Assembly: GCF_046105845.1 (NCBI RefSeq) | Contig: NZ_CP151004.1 | Origin: Escherichia coli | Lineage (GTDB): Bacteria > Pseudomonadota > Gammaproteobacteria > Enterobacterales > Enterobacteriaceae | Strand: one strand, 5' to 3' | DNA: 64,000 nucleotides | Part shown: positions 45,576 through 57,486 of the stretch, piece after piece | Numbering within the stretch: position 1 is the stretch's first letter | Layout of the letters: each line of letters starts with the position of its first letter | Translations under genes and position numbers: made by a program | Notes under the pieces: model-generated | Told to the model about the DNA's origin: nothing | What the model saw: only the letters and a program-made list of their open reading frames with translations | Databases searched by the model: none

Positions 45576-46274
45576 TTACTCGCCCTGTTGGCGTTGCAGT
45601 CTTGCTAATACATCCTGGGCGCTACTTTTATTGCTACCGCCTATTCCGGCTTCCGCCAGCTTTTCATCAAGATCGCGACCGTCTGCGACTTTTTCCAACT
45701 GTGCAGCAGCATCCAGACGAGCCTGACGTTCGGCCTGACGCGTTTGCAGGCGTTTTAAGGATTCTGCCGCTGTCGAAACGCTGGAAGATGCGCCAACGGT
45801 AGAGGTCGTTACAGCCTGTTGTGCACGCTGCATGGCTTCAGTGGCTTTAACGACTTCCATTTGCTGCTCAAACTGAGCGATACGCTGCGCTGTCGCTGTA
45901 ACTGCTTTTTCCACGCCATCACGGGAGACTTCCAGATTCGACAACACTTGCTCTTCAGCGGTAATGAGATTCTCAAGGCGCGCGATTTCTTCAGCAACTT
46001 CGTTAATCAACGACGGATTAACGTTCTTGCTTAACGCTTCCAGCGCACGAGCTTCCAGACTGGCTTTGCGCTCACGTAAATCTTTCAGCTTATCGTGACT
46101 TAATTTCACCCGCGCCAGCAGATCAACGCGAGATTTTCCGGCTTTATCGAGTTCAGCTTTAGCGTCACGAATATGCTGTTCCAGCATGCGCACGCCCTGG
46201 GTTTCTTCAATGGATTCTTCCGCTTGGGAGATAAACGATTTCCCCAGCGTAAATAAACTTTTTAAAATTCCCAT
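45576..46274 (-). CDS. yjfJ: PspA/IM30 (Vipp1/ESCRT-III-like) family protein
   Basis: 232-aa coiled-coil-type ORF recognised as YjfJ. Confidence 0.9.
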   Translation of the reverse strand: MGILKSLFTLGKSFISQAEESIEETQGVRMLEQHIRDAKAELDKAGKSRVDLLARVKLSHDKLKDLRERKASLEARALEALSKNVNPSLINEVAEEIARLENLITAEEQVLSNLEVSRDGVEKAVTATAQRIAQFEQQMEVVKATEAMQRAQQAVTTSTVGASSSVSTAAESLKRLQTRQAERQARLDAAAQLEKVADGRDLDEKLAEAGIGGSNKSSAQDVLARLQRQQGE

Positions 46275-46292
46275 AAATACCCGTCCTTGTAA

Positions 46293-46694
46293 TTAGTGTG
46301 AATATTCTTCTGTAATTTCAGCCAGATCCAATGCGTTATCTACCAGCGAGGTTATCTCAAGCAGGATATCTTCAAGAGAAGATTTAAGCGATAACGCCCC
46401 GAAAACAATGTAATACTCTTCCTGTTGTACGCTGGAGATCCCTACCGATGACAACGGCATCATCTTCTGATTTCTTAATAAGAAGGTATTAAATTCATCT
46501 GGATTGCTGATACTACTCACCGGACAAATAAAGGTTTCGATAATCATTTGGCGGGAAGTAAAAAGAATATTGATTTGCAAATCGCCATAATCATTCATTT
46601 TAATAATTAATGCGTTCTCGCTATTTGTTACATCAATATTTTGTTCAGGTACAGTTTGCAGCGCCGTCGCCAGCGCCAACGGATTCCATGTCAT
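46293..46694 (-). CDS. yjfI: DUF2170-family protein YjfI
   Basis: 133-aa ORF recognised as YjfI, first gene of the yjfIJKLMC string. Confidence 0.88.
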   Translation of the reverse strand: MTWNPLALATALQTVPEQNIDVTNSENALIIKMNDYGDLQINILFTSRQMIIETFICPVSSISNPDEFNTFLLRNQKMMPLSSVGISSVQQEEYYIVFGALSLKSSLEDILLEITSLVDNALDLAEITEEYSH

Positions 46695-46773
46695 ATATTA
46701 TTCCATATAGATTTAGTTTAAATATTAACAAAATGAATATTTGCAGTACGTAATTATCTTACCAGCTAAACAC

Positions 46774-46801
46774 AAAAAAAAACCATCCAAATCTGGATGG
46801 C
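46774..46801 (-). terminator. Rho-independent terminator downstream of rlmB
   Basis: The minus strand reads GCCATCCAGATTTGGATGG followed by TTTTTTTTT, 20 nt after the rlmB stop. Confidence 0.85.
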
Positions 46802-46820
46802 TTTTCATAATTCAGAGGAA

Positions 46821-47552
46821 CTAGCTGCGCTGTCGCACCGCTTCAAATAAGCAAATCCCTGTCGCAACCGAAACGTTCAGGGAAGAAACGCTTCCTGCCA
46901 TTGGGATGCTGATCAACTCGTCGCAATGTTCACGAGTCAGGCGACGCATACCTTCACCTTCCGCGCCCATCACCAGCGCCAGGCGTCCGGTCATTTTGCT
47001 CTGATAGAGTGTATGATCCGCCTCGCCTGCCGTACCGACGATCCAGATATTCTCTTCCTGCAACATACGCATGGTGCGCGCCAGATTAGTCACCCGAATC
47101 AGCGGAACGCTTTCTGCCGCGCCGCAGGCTACTTTTTTCGCCGTGGCGTTGAGCTGTGCGGAGCGATCTTTCGGCACAATCACCGCATGAACACCTGCGG
47201 CGTCCGCGCTACGCAGGCACGCGCCGAGGTTATGCGGATCGGTTACACCGTCGAGGATCAGCAGGAACGGTTGATCGAGCGAAGCGATCAGATCCGGCAG
47301 ATCGTTTTCCTGATACTGACGTCCTGGCTTCACACGGGCAATAATGCCCTGATGCACGGCACCGTCGCTTTTCTCGTCGAGATACTGACGGTTCGCCAAC
47401 TGAATAACCACGCCCTGGGACTCAAGGGCGTGAATCAGCGGTAACAGACGTTTATCTTCACGGCCTTTTAAAATAAAGACTTCCTGAAAACGTTCAGGGG
47501 CGCGCTCCAGCAGGGCCTGCACTGCGTGGATGCCGTAAATCATTTCGCTCAT
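46821..47552 (-). CDS. rlmB: 23S rRNA (guanosine2251-2'-O)-methyltransferase (SpoU/TrmH family)
   Basis: 243-aa ORF recognised as RlmB. Confidence 0.95.
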
Positions 47553-47576
47553 TAATGTACTCGTTGTTTACGTTTT

Positions 47577-47637
47577 GCCGGGAGCGCCACGCTTGCCCGG
47601 CCTACGGATAATTCACCCTCTTCTGTTTGAAGAGGGT
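47577..47637. repeat. REP-like unit plus hairpin in the rnr-rlmB spacer
   Basis: GCCGGGAGCGCCACGCTTGCCCGGCCTAC (47577-47605). Also the hairpin ACCCTCTTC TGTTT GAAGAGGGT (47615-47637). Confidence 0.6.
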
Positions 47638-47642
47638 TGTGA

Positions 47643-50084
47643 TCACTCTGCCACTTTTTTCTTCGCCGCACGCTTCGCTTTGGTCGCTGCGGCTATTTTC
47701 TGCGTTTTAGCCGATGGCTTTTTCGCTTTTCTCGCGTCTTTCTTCGCCGCTTTCGGCTTCGGTTTTTTCTCGCCGCGGAAGGCACTGTCTGGCTCAAAGT
47801 TTACCTTTTTACCGACCTGACGACGCTTGCCGCCTTTTTTGCCAGCATCGCCTTTTTTCACTTTCTCGCGCGCCGTTTTACCGACGTTGCGCGGTGCGCG
47901 TTCGCTGGAGATCAGGCTAAAGTCGATTTTGCGCTCGTCCATATTAACCGCTTCGACGCGAACTTCCACGCGATCGCCCAAGCGATAAGTCTGGCCGCTG
48001 GATTCACCCATCAGGCGTTGCCCTACCTGGTCAAAGCGATAGTAGTCATTGTCCAGCGAAGAGACATGGACCAGACCATCAATGAACAAGTCGTCCAGAC
48101 GGACGAAGAAGCCAAAGCCAGTGACGCTGGAAATTACGCCTTTAAAGACGTTACCTACCTGGTCGAGCATGAAGTCACACTTCAGCCAGTCAGCTACATC
48201 GCGTGTTGCTTCGTCGGCACGACGTTCCGCCATCGAACAGTGCTGACCCAGTTGCAGCATCTCTTCCATCGAATAATGGTAACCACCGGTTTCAGTGGTA
48301 TTGCCCTGATGCCCCTGCTCTTTCGCCAGCAGATACTTAATGGCGCGGTGCAGCGTCAGGTCAGGATAACGACGAATCGGCGAAGTAAAGTGCGCATAGG
48401 ACTGCAATGCCAGACCGAAGTGACCACGGTTTTCCGGATCGTAAATCGCCTGTTTCATCGAGCGCAGCAGCATGGTTTGCAGCATTTCTGCGTCAGGACG
48501 ATCGGCAACCGACTCTAGCAACTCCGCGTAATCACGCGGTTCCGGCTTGTTACCGCCCGGCAATTCCAGCCCCAGCTCCGCCAGCACTGAACGGAAAGAG
48601 GTAATCGCTTCGGTGCTCGGCTTATCGTGAATACGGAATAGTGCTGGTTCTTTGGCTTTCTCAACGAAACGCGCCGCCGAGATATTCGCCAGAATCATGC
48701 ACTCTTCAATTAACTTGTGTGCGTCGTTACGCTGAGTCTGTTCGATACGCTCAATACGGCGTTCGGCGTTGAAAATGAACTTCGCTTCTTCGCTCTCAAA
48801 TGAGATCCCGCCACGTTCTTCACGGGCTTTATCCAGCACTTTATAGAGGTTATGCAACTCTTCGAGATGCTTAACCAGTGGGGCGTACTGCTCGCGCAGA
48901 TCCTGATCGCCCTGCAGAATATGCCAGACTTTGGTGTAGGTCAGACGTGCGTGAGAGCTCATTACCGCTTCATAGAATTTGTAGCCAGTCAGGCGGCCTT
49001 TCGACGAAACCGTCATCTCGCACACCATACACAGGCGGTCTACCTGCGGGTTGAGCGAACACAGACCGTTAGAGAGCACTTCCGGCAGCATCGGGATAAC
49101 CTGCGAAGGGAAGTACACCGACGTACCACGGTTACGCGCTTCTCTGTCCAGCGGTGTTGGCGGACGCACATAGTAGCTAACGTCGGCAATCGCGACCCAT
49201 AAACGCCAGCCGCCGCCGCGTTTTTTCTCGCAGTAAACTGCATCGTCAAAGTCACGGGCGTCTTCGCCATCAATGGTGACCAGCGGTAAATCGCGCAGAT
49301 CGACACGGCCCGCTTTTGCTTCTTCCGGCACTTCTTCTTTCAGCCCGGCAACCTGTTGCTCAACGGCCTGCGGCCAGATATACGGAATTTCATGGGTACG
49401 CAGAGCGATATCAACCGCCATGCCGGTGCCCATATTGTCGCCAAGTACTTCGACGATTTTACCCACCGCTTTGGTACGGCGAGTCGGGCGTTGGGTCAGT
49501 TCAACCACCACCACAAAGCCCATCCGCGCGCCCATGATCTGATCGGGCGGGATTAAGATATCGAAGCTCAAACGACTGTCGTCAGGAACCACAAAGCCGA
49601 CGCCCGCTTCGGTAAAGTAGCGACCAACAATCTGGCTGGTTTTTGGCACCAGTACGCGGACAATACGCGCTTCACGACGACCTTTACGGTCAGCACCCAG
49701 CGGCTGCGCCAGCACCTGATCGCCATGAATGCAGGTTTTCATCTGCTCGCTGGAGAGATACAAATCATCTTTACGCCCTTCAACCCGCAGAAAGCCGTAG
49801 CCATCACGGTGGCCAATAACGGTACCTTTCACCAGGTCGAGGCGTTCCGGCAGCGCATAGCACTGACGACGAGTGAAGACCAGTTGACCATCGCGCTCCA
49901 TCGCGCGCAGGCGGCGACGCAGGCCTTCAAGCTGCTCTTCGCCTTCAATGTGCAGTTCTACCGCCAGCTCATCACGGCTGGCCGGTTTTTCACGTTTGGT
50001 TAAATGTTCGAGGATAAATTCCCGACTAGGGATGGGATTCGCGTATTTTTCAGCTTCGCGTTCCTGGAAAGGATCTTGTGACAT
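47643..50084 (-). CDS. rnr: Ribonuclease R
   Basis: Start set at [14 protein letters not shown] (813 aa). RNB domain, S1 domain and a Lys-rich C-terminal tail. Confidence 0.96.
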   Translation of the reverse strand: MSQDPFQEREAEKYANPIPSREFILEHLTKREKPASRDELAVELHIEGEEQLEGLRRRLRAMERDGQLVFTRRQCYALPERLDLVKGTVIGHRDGYGFLRVEGRKDDLYLSSEQMKTCIHGDQVLAQPLGADRKGRREARIVRVLVPKTSQIVGRYFTEAGVGFVVPDDSRLSFDILIPPDQIMGARMGFVVVVELTQRPTRRTKAVGKIVEVLGDNMGTGMAVDIALRTHEIPYIWPQAVEQQVAGLKEEVPEEAKAGRVDLRDLPLVTIDGEDARDFDDAVYCEKKRGGGWRLWVAIADVSYYVRPPTPLDREARNRGTSVYFPSQVIPMLPEVLSNGLCSLNPQVDRLCMVCEMTVSSKGRLTGYKFYEAVMSSHARLTYTKVWHILQGDQDLREQYAPLVKHLEELHNLYKVLDKAREERGGISFESEEAKFIFNAERRIERIEQTQRNDAHKLIEECMILANISAARFVEKAKEPALFRIHDKPSTEAITSFRSVLAELGLELPGGNKPEPRDYAELLESVADRPDAEMLQTMLLRSMKQAIYDPENRGHFGLALQSYAHFTSPIRRYPDLTLHRAIKYLLAKEQGHQGNTTETGGYHYSMEEMLQLGQHCSMAERRADEATRDVADWLKCDFMLDQVGNVFKGVISSVTGFGFFVRLDDLFIDGLVHVSSLDNDYYRFDQVGQRLMGESSGQTYRLGDRVEVRVEAVNMDERKIDFSLISSERAPRNVGKTAREKVKKGDAGKKGGKRRQVGKKVNFEPDSAFRGEKKPKPKAAKKDARKAKKPSAKTQKIAAATKAKRAAKKKVAE

Positions 50085-50122
50085 CTCGGTTCCTCCGTTG
50101 TCATCTCTGATGAAGATTTTCG

Positions 50123-50548
50123 TCACTCCACCAGCAATAATTTATAAAGCGGTTGATTCTCTTCAACCAAATCGGCAAGCGTGTAGTTATCCAGTTCCGT
50201 AAGAAAACTTTGCACGGCCTTAGAAAGCGCCTGTTTCAACCGACAGGCAGGTGTAATGTGGCAAAACTCACTGCTGCAATTCACCAGCGATAAGGGCTCC
50301 AGCTCGCGCACCACATCACCAATACGTATCGCACTCGCCGGTTTACCCAGACGAATGCCGCCATTTTTTCCACGAACAGCAGTCACGTAGCCGGCACGAC
50401 TAAGTTGATTGATTATTTTGACCATATGATTACGGGAGACGCCGTAGACGTCAGTCACTTCAGAAATACTGGTCATCCGCCCTTCTGGCAATGACGCCAT
50501 GTAGATCAGCGCACGTAATCCGTAATCAGTGAAACTCGTTAACTGCAC
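50123..50548 (-). CDS. nsrR: Nitric-oxide-sensing Rrf2-family repressor
   Basis: 141-aa [21 protein letters not shown] with a three-Cys cluster region. Recognised as NsrR. Confidence 0.95.
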
Positions 50549-50752
50549 ATCAACCTCAAAAGGGAAAACGGGAAAAAATACATTTATATTGATGATAAAC
50601 CAGCCACAAGCTGTGTCGCTAATTTATTTCAGTTCGGGGAAGGAAAAAAGCGAGGATTTAACACTGTGTCGGATAGCGTAATGGCTTACCCGACACAGCA
50701 ATGTATCACACTGTTAGCCCGGCAGGCAAAATATCTGCCAGGCGTACCAGAA

Positions 50753-52054
<1,302 letters not shown>

Positions 52055-52057
52055 TCA

Positions 52058-52087
52058 AAATCACCGTTTGCTTAAAAATGGATTCTA
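52058..52087 (-). promoter_or_regulatory. purA promoter -10 and PurR box
   Basis: The minus strand reads TAGAAT (52087-52082) then AAGCAAACGGTGATTT (52073-52058). The latter matches the PUR box consensus (ACGCAAACGTTTTC-type). Confidence 0.7.
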
Positions 52088-52154
52088 CCATCGCTTTTTC
52101 AGAGTTACAGCACTTTTTGCACTCAAAAATGACCTCGATCAGTCTGTTTTTTGT

Positions 52155-52352
52155 TCAGCCAATCGTTTTCCTCAACATGTAGTAGACCACAACGCCCGCA
52201 ACCACAAGTCCACCGCCAAAACGACGTAAAATATTATCAGGCAAATTGGTCATCGCAGAGATCATCTTCTTCCATGCCTTCGGGTAAAGCATCGGCCCTA
52301 AACCTTCGAGCACCAAAACCAGGGCAAGCGCCAGCCAGATTGTCGAATTCAT
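52155..52352 (-). CDS. yjeT: DUF2065-family small membrane protein
   Basis: 65-aa ORF recognised as YjeT. Confidence 0.85.
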   Translation of the reverse strand: MNSTIWLALALVLVLEGLGPMLYPKAWKKMISAMTNLPDNILRRFGGGLVVAGVVVYYMLRKTIG

Positions 52353-52367
52353 TGATTATCCTTATAG

Positions 52368-52405
52368 AAAAAGAAAACCACCGACATCCCTGAGGATGCG
52401 GTGGC
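52368..52405 (-). terminator. Terminator downstream of hflC
   Basis: The minus strand reads CCACCGCATCC TCAG GGATGTCGGTGG (one bulge) followed by TTTTCTTTTT. Confidence 0.75.
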
Positions 52406-52433
52406 TTTATTGACCTGTACCGCAGTCGTTATA

Positions 52434-53438
52434 TTAACGCGTTGCGGAAGTCGGCGTCTTCATGTAGCGGAAGAAATCGCTATCCGGGCTCATGACCATC
52501 ACGTCCTGATTGCCAGAGAAGCTGTTCTCATAAGCACGCAGGCTACGGATAAATGCGTAGAAGTCCGGATCTTTACTGAATGCATCAGCAAACAGTTTGG
52601 CTGCTTCTGCATCGCCTTCACCACGCATGATGCGGCCCTGACGCTCAGCTTCTGCCAGCGTTCTGGTCACTTCATAGTCGGCAGTCGCACGCAGTTTTTC
52701 CGCTTCTTCCTGACCTTGTGAACGGTGACGACGCGCTACCGCTTCACGCTCGGCGCGCATACGGTTGTAGATCGCTTCAGACACTTCGGTCGGCAGGTTG
52801 ATCTGCTTAATTCGCACATCGACAACTTCAATACCCAGCGCCGCCATACTGTTCGGGTTGATGACCGGAACTTTACCCTTCGTCTCAGCCGTTACGCGCT
52901 CTGCCGCTTCGGCAATGGCGTTATCTGCTGCCGGGGTAGTAACTTCATCTTCTGTACCCGCAGAACCGGAGTTCAGCGCGTCACGTACTTCGAGGGTCAG
53001 ACGACCACGGGAATCGGTGACGATGTCTTTCACGTCCAGGCGACCAATTTCAGAACGCAGACGGTCAGAGAACTTACGTTTCAACAGCACTTCCGCTTGC
53101 GAAATGTCGCCACCACCCGTTGCCAGGTAGTAACGGCTGAAATCGCTGATGCGCCATTTGATGTAAGAGTCGACGATCAGGTCTTTCTTCTCTTTGGTCA
53201 CAAAGCGGTCGGCCTGGTTGTCCATTGTCTGAATACGTGCGTCGAGCATTTTCACCGTTTCAATGAACGGTATCTTGAAATGCAGACCCGGCTCATAAAC
53301 CAGAGGTTTGTTGTCATCGTCACGCAGTACCTTACCAAAACGCAGCGTAATACCGCGCTCACCTTCTTTGACGACAAAGACAGACATGTAAAGCACTACC
53401 AGCACGATGATGATAATCGCGATAACTGACTTACGCAT
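52434..53438 (-). CDS. hflC: FtsH modulator HflC (SPFH family)
   Basis: 334-aa ORF recognised as HflC. Confidence 0.96.
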   Translation of the reverse strand: MRKSVIAIIIIVLVVLYMSVFVVKEGERGITLRFGKVLRDDDNKPLVYEPGLHFKIPFIETVKMLDARIQTMDNQADRFVTKEKKDLIVDSYIKWRISDFSRYYLATGGGDISQAEVLLKRKFSDRLRSEIGRLDVKDIVTDSRGRLTLEVRDALNSGSAGTEDEVTTPAADNAIAEAAERVTAETKGKVPVINPNSMAALGIEVVDVRIKQINLPTEVSEAIYNRMRAEREAVARRHRSQGQEEAEKLRATADYEVTRTLAEAERQGRIMRGEGDAEAAKLFADAFSKDPDFYAFIRSLRAYENSFSGNQDVMVMSPDSDFFRYMKTPTSATR

Positions 53439-53440
53439 CG

Positions 53441-54700
53441 TTATTCCCCCTGACGCTGGTAGTCGTTACGCTGCGCGTTGGCGCGGCGTTGGTCCATAAT
53501 ATCGCCCTGACTGGTGGACGACGTGTTGCTTGCTCCACTGGTTGTGGAGGAAGAGGCTGGCGGCAGACGCAGCAGATTGCTGGCACCGTTATCGCTCTTC
53601 GCCGCAGGGGCGTTACCACCTTTCAGCATCTGGTCTAACGGCAGAACCATCAGGTTGCCACCTTTATCGTTAACCAGCACTTTGCGGGTGTTGCCCAACA
53701 CTTTTTCCATCGTCTCGATATACAGACGCTCGCGAGTAATTTCCGGCGCAGCTTTATATTCCGGCAGAAGTTTAGCAAAGCGCGCCACTTCACCCTGAGC
53801 TTCCAGGATGGTCTGGGCCTTGTACGCACGCGCCTCTTCGAGGATACGTTGCGCCTGACCGTTCGCACGCGGCTGAACTTCGTTGGTATACGCTTCTGCT
53901 TCACGAATGTATTGCTGTTCGTTTTCACGCGCGGCAATCGCATCGTCAAACGCCGCTTTTACTTCTTCCGGCGGACGAGCTGCCTGGAAGTTGACGTCCA
54001 GCAGAGTGATGCCCATGTCATACGGACGAATCGTCTCTTCCAGTTCGCGCTGAGTATCGCTACGAATCACGGTACGACCTTCCGTCAGAATGCGGTCCAT
54101 GGTGTATTTACCGATAACCCCACGCAGGGCACTGTCGGTAGCCTGACGCAGGCTGTCATCCGGGCTGGTCACGCTATACAGATATTTTTCCGGATTGGTG
54201 ACGCGGTACTGCACGTTCATCTCAACGCGCACTACGTTCTCGTCCGACGTCAGCATCACACCAGAAGCGGCCAGTTCACGCACGGCTTCCACGTTCACCG
54301 GTTTGACTTCGTCGATAAACGTCGGTTTCCAGTTCAGACCCGGCTCAACCAGATGGCTGAATTTACCAAAGCGTGTTACCACGCCACGTTCGGCTTCTTT
54401 AATGGTATAGAAACCACTGGCCGCCCAGATAATGACAATCGCTGCCGCTGCGATGGTAACGACACGACCGCCAAGCTGCGGGCGCGGGCCTTGCGATGAA
54501 CTGCCACCGCCAGATCCGGTGCCTTTACCGCCGCCCAGACCACCGAGCTTTTTGCTCAGTTTGCGGAAGATATCATCTAAATCAGGTGGCCCTTGATCGC
54601 GACCGCCTTTGTTTCCATTTCCCTCAGAGTTGCCGCCAGGTTTGCTGCTTCCCCACGGGTCGCGGTCTTGTCCGTTATTACCGGGCTGATTCCACGCCAT
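53441..54700 (-). CDS. hflK: FtsH modulator HflK (SPFH family)
   Basis: 419-aa ORF with a Gly-rich N-terminus. Recognised as HflK. Confidence 0.96.
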   Translation of the reverse strand: MAWNQPGNNGQDRDPWGSSKPGGNSEGNGNKGGRDQGPPDLDDIFRKLSKKLGGLGGGKGTGSGGGSSSQGPRPQLGGRVVTIAAAAIVIIWAASGFYTIKEAERGVVTRFGKFSHLVEPGLNWKPTFIDEVKPVNVEAVRELAASGVMLTSDENVVRVEMNVQYRVTNPEKYLYSVTSPDDSLRQATDSALRGVIGKYTMDRILTEGRTVIRSDTQRELEETIRPYDMGITLLDVNFQAARPPEEVKAAFDDAIAARENEQQYIREAEAYTNEVQPRANGQAQRILEEARAYKAQTILEAQGEVARFAKLLPEYKAAPEITRERLYIETMEKVLGNTRKVLVNDKGGNLMVLPLDQMLKGGNAPAAKSDNGASNLLRLPPASSSTTSGASNTSSTSQGDIMDQRRANAQRNDYQRQGE

Positions 54701-54785
54701 GTTTGTGCTCCATATTTGTTATGCGGTGATCCCTGTTGTCTTTCGACGCCAGAGGATATGACTCCACGCTTCAGACGCTACGCCG

Positions 54786-56066
54786 TTAGATCAGGTAATC
54801 GATCAACGCCGGTTCTTGTTTACAGAGGCGACGCCAGTCAACGATCGGCATACGAACTTGCAGACTTACGCTGCCGTCCTCCTCCATCCACTCTTTTTCT
54901 ATTGCCTGAAGCTGATAAAAACGACTTCTCAGACGCCCTTCCTGCGGTGGCAGACGCAATGTATGCTGCGCCACCTCGCCGGAAAGCCGCTCCGTCAAAG
55001 CCTGAAAAAGCTGTGGTATCCCCGCTCCGGTCTGTGCGGAAAGCCAGACACGGATCGGTTTGTTCTCTTCGTCCCGATCAATACGCGGTTCGAAATCTTC
55101 CAGCATATCGATCTTGTTCATCACCAGCAGGGTTGGGATCTCGTGAGCGTCGATCTCTTCAAGAACCGTATTCACCGCTTCGATGTTTTCTTGTACACGT
55201 ACATCCGCCGCATCAATGACGTGCAGCAGCAATGTGGCTTGCCGCGTCTCTTGTAACGTGGCTTTAAATGCCGCCACCAGATCGTGCGGCAGGTGGCGAA
55301 TAAACCCTACGGTATCTGCCAACACGGTTTCACCGACATCCGCGACGTCAATACGCCGCAACGTCGGGTCGAGGGTGGCAAACAACTGGTCTGCCGCGTA
55401 GACCCGCGCTTCGGTGATGCGATTGAAAAGGGTAGATTTACCGGCGTTGGTATATCCCACCAGCGAAACAGTAGGAACGTCGGCTTTGATACGCGATTGC
55501 CGCCCCTGCTCACGCTGCTTTTCAACTCTTTCCAGGCGCGACTGTATCTGCACGATGCGATTACGCAACAAACGACGGTCGGTTTCGAGCTGGGTTTCAC
55601 CCGGACCACGCAAACCTATCCCGCCTTTCTGTCTTTCAAGGTGGGTCCAGCCACGCACCAGGCGCGTAGCCAGATGGCGCAGCTGCGCCAGCTCAACCTG
55701 CAACTTACCCTCATGGGTACGCGCACGTTGGGCGAAAATATCTAAAATAAGGCCGGTGCGGTCGATGACACGACACTCGCACAAACGCTCCAGGTTACGC
55801 TCTTGCGCCGGGCTCAGGGCATGGTCAAAAAGAACGACCGAAGCACCCGTCGCTTTGACAGCTTCCGCAATTTCAACTGCTTTACCTTCACCTACAAAAT
55901 ACTTTGGGTGCGGCGCTTTACGGCTACCGGTAATCACCTGCAATGCTTCGACACCGGCGGAAGAGACCAGAGATTCAAACTCCTGGAGGTCTTCCATATC
56001 TTTGTCTTGCGTAAAATAGATGTGTACCAGTACCGCCTGCTCACCAGCATCATAACGGTCAAACAA
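54786..56066 (-). CDS. hflX: GTPase HflX (ribosome-splitting factor)
   Basis: 426-aa ORF with G1 motif GYTNAGKST. Recognised as HflX. Confidence 0.96.
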   Translation of the reverse strand: MFDRYDAGEQAVLVHIYFTQDKDMEDLQEFESLVSSAGVEALQVITGSRKAPHPKYFVGEGKAVEIAEAVKATGASVVLFDHALSPAQERNLERLCECRVIDRTGLILDIFAQRARTHEGKLQVELAQLRHLATRLVRGWTHLERQKGGIGLRGPGETQLETDRRLLRNRIVQIQSRLERVEKQREQGRQSRIKADVPTVSLVGYTNAGKSTLFNRITEARVYAADQLFATLDPTLRRIDVADVGETVLADTVGFIRHLPHDLVAAFKATLQETRQATLLLHVIDAADVRVQENIEAVNTVLEEIDAHEIPTLLVMNKIDMLEDFEPRIDRDEENKPIRVWLSAQTGAGIPQLFQALTERLSGEVAQHTLRLPPQEGRLRSRFYQLQAIEKEWMEEDGSVSLQVRMPIVDWRRLCKQEPALIDYLI

Positions 56067-56122
56067 GCGTATAACCCTCTAAATAGATCAGCGGGGAACG
56101 CAGGATCGCTGGCTCCCCGTGT

Positions 56123-56462
<340 letters not shown>

Positions 56463-56535
56463 TTATATGCTTATTTGTACTTTGAACCTTTCGATTCTGA
56501 AAAAATTGCGCACGATACGTCTCAATTGTACACAT

Positions 56536-57486
56536 TCAGCCTGCGATAGCACCAACAACCTGTAATACTTCGTCACGCGCCTGTTCTGGTTTTTCACTAT
56601 CAAGCCAGTGAACCCCTTCCCAACCACGCAGCCAGGTTATCTGCCGCTTCGCCAACTGTCTCGTGGCGCAAACACCTCGATAAACCATCTCATCGTATGA
56701 GATTTCGCCTTCAAGGTAAGACCACATCTGGCGATAACCCACACAACGAATGGAAGGCAAATCCGTATGCAAATCTCCTCGGGCAAAAAGAGCCCGGACT
56801 TCTGCTTCAAAACCTGAAGCCAACATCTGATGAAAACGCTGCTCAATTCGTTGATGGAGCAGTTCACGGCTCGCCGGGGCGATGGCGAACTGATGCACCT
56901 GATACGGTAGAGCGTCTCCTGACGTTTGCGTCAGTTCCGTTAAAGTTTTACCCGAAATGAAAAAAACTTCCAGTGCCCGGGAAAGCCTTTGTGGATCATT
57001 TGGATGAATCCTTGCTGCCGCAACCGGATCTACCTCCTGAAGTTGACGATGCAATGACTCCCAACCTTGCTCTGCCGCCTGTTGCTCAATTCTGGCCCGC
57101 ACTTCCGGGTCTGCCGACGGTAGCGGCGACAACCCTTCCAGCAATGCCTTGAAATACAACATCGTACCGCCCACTAACAGTGGGATCCGCCCCGCTGCGG
57201 TGATATCGGCCATTTCCGCCAGCGCATCGCGGCGAAAATCAGCAGCCGAGTAAGCCTGCGACGGATCGCGAATATCCAGCAATCGGTGCGGCGCGGCGAG
57301 TAACTCTTCAGCGTTCGGCTTCGCCGTCCCGATATCCATCCCTTTGTAAATAAGGGCAGAATCAACGCTTATCAACTCTACTGGTAAAATTTTACGCAGC
57401 TCAATGGCTAACGCCGTTTTACCGGAGGCCGTCGGCCCCATCAAAAAAATCGCCTTAGGCAGGCTCGCCTTACTGATATCACTCAT
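56536..57486 (-). CDS. miaA: tRNA dimethylallyltransferase
   Basis: 316-aa ORF with P-loop GPTASGKT. Overlaps mutL by 8 bp. Confidence 0.96.

Noticed and set aside
47643-47900. Repetitive A/G-rich (coding-strand) stretch at the rnr 3' end
   Set aside because: It encodes the normal Lys-rich basic C-terminal tail of RNase R. It is not a repeat element.
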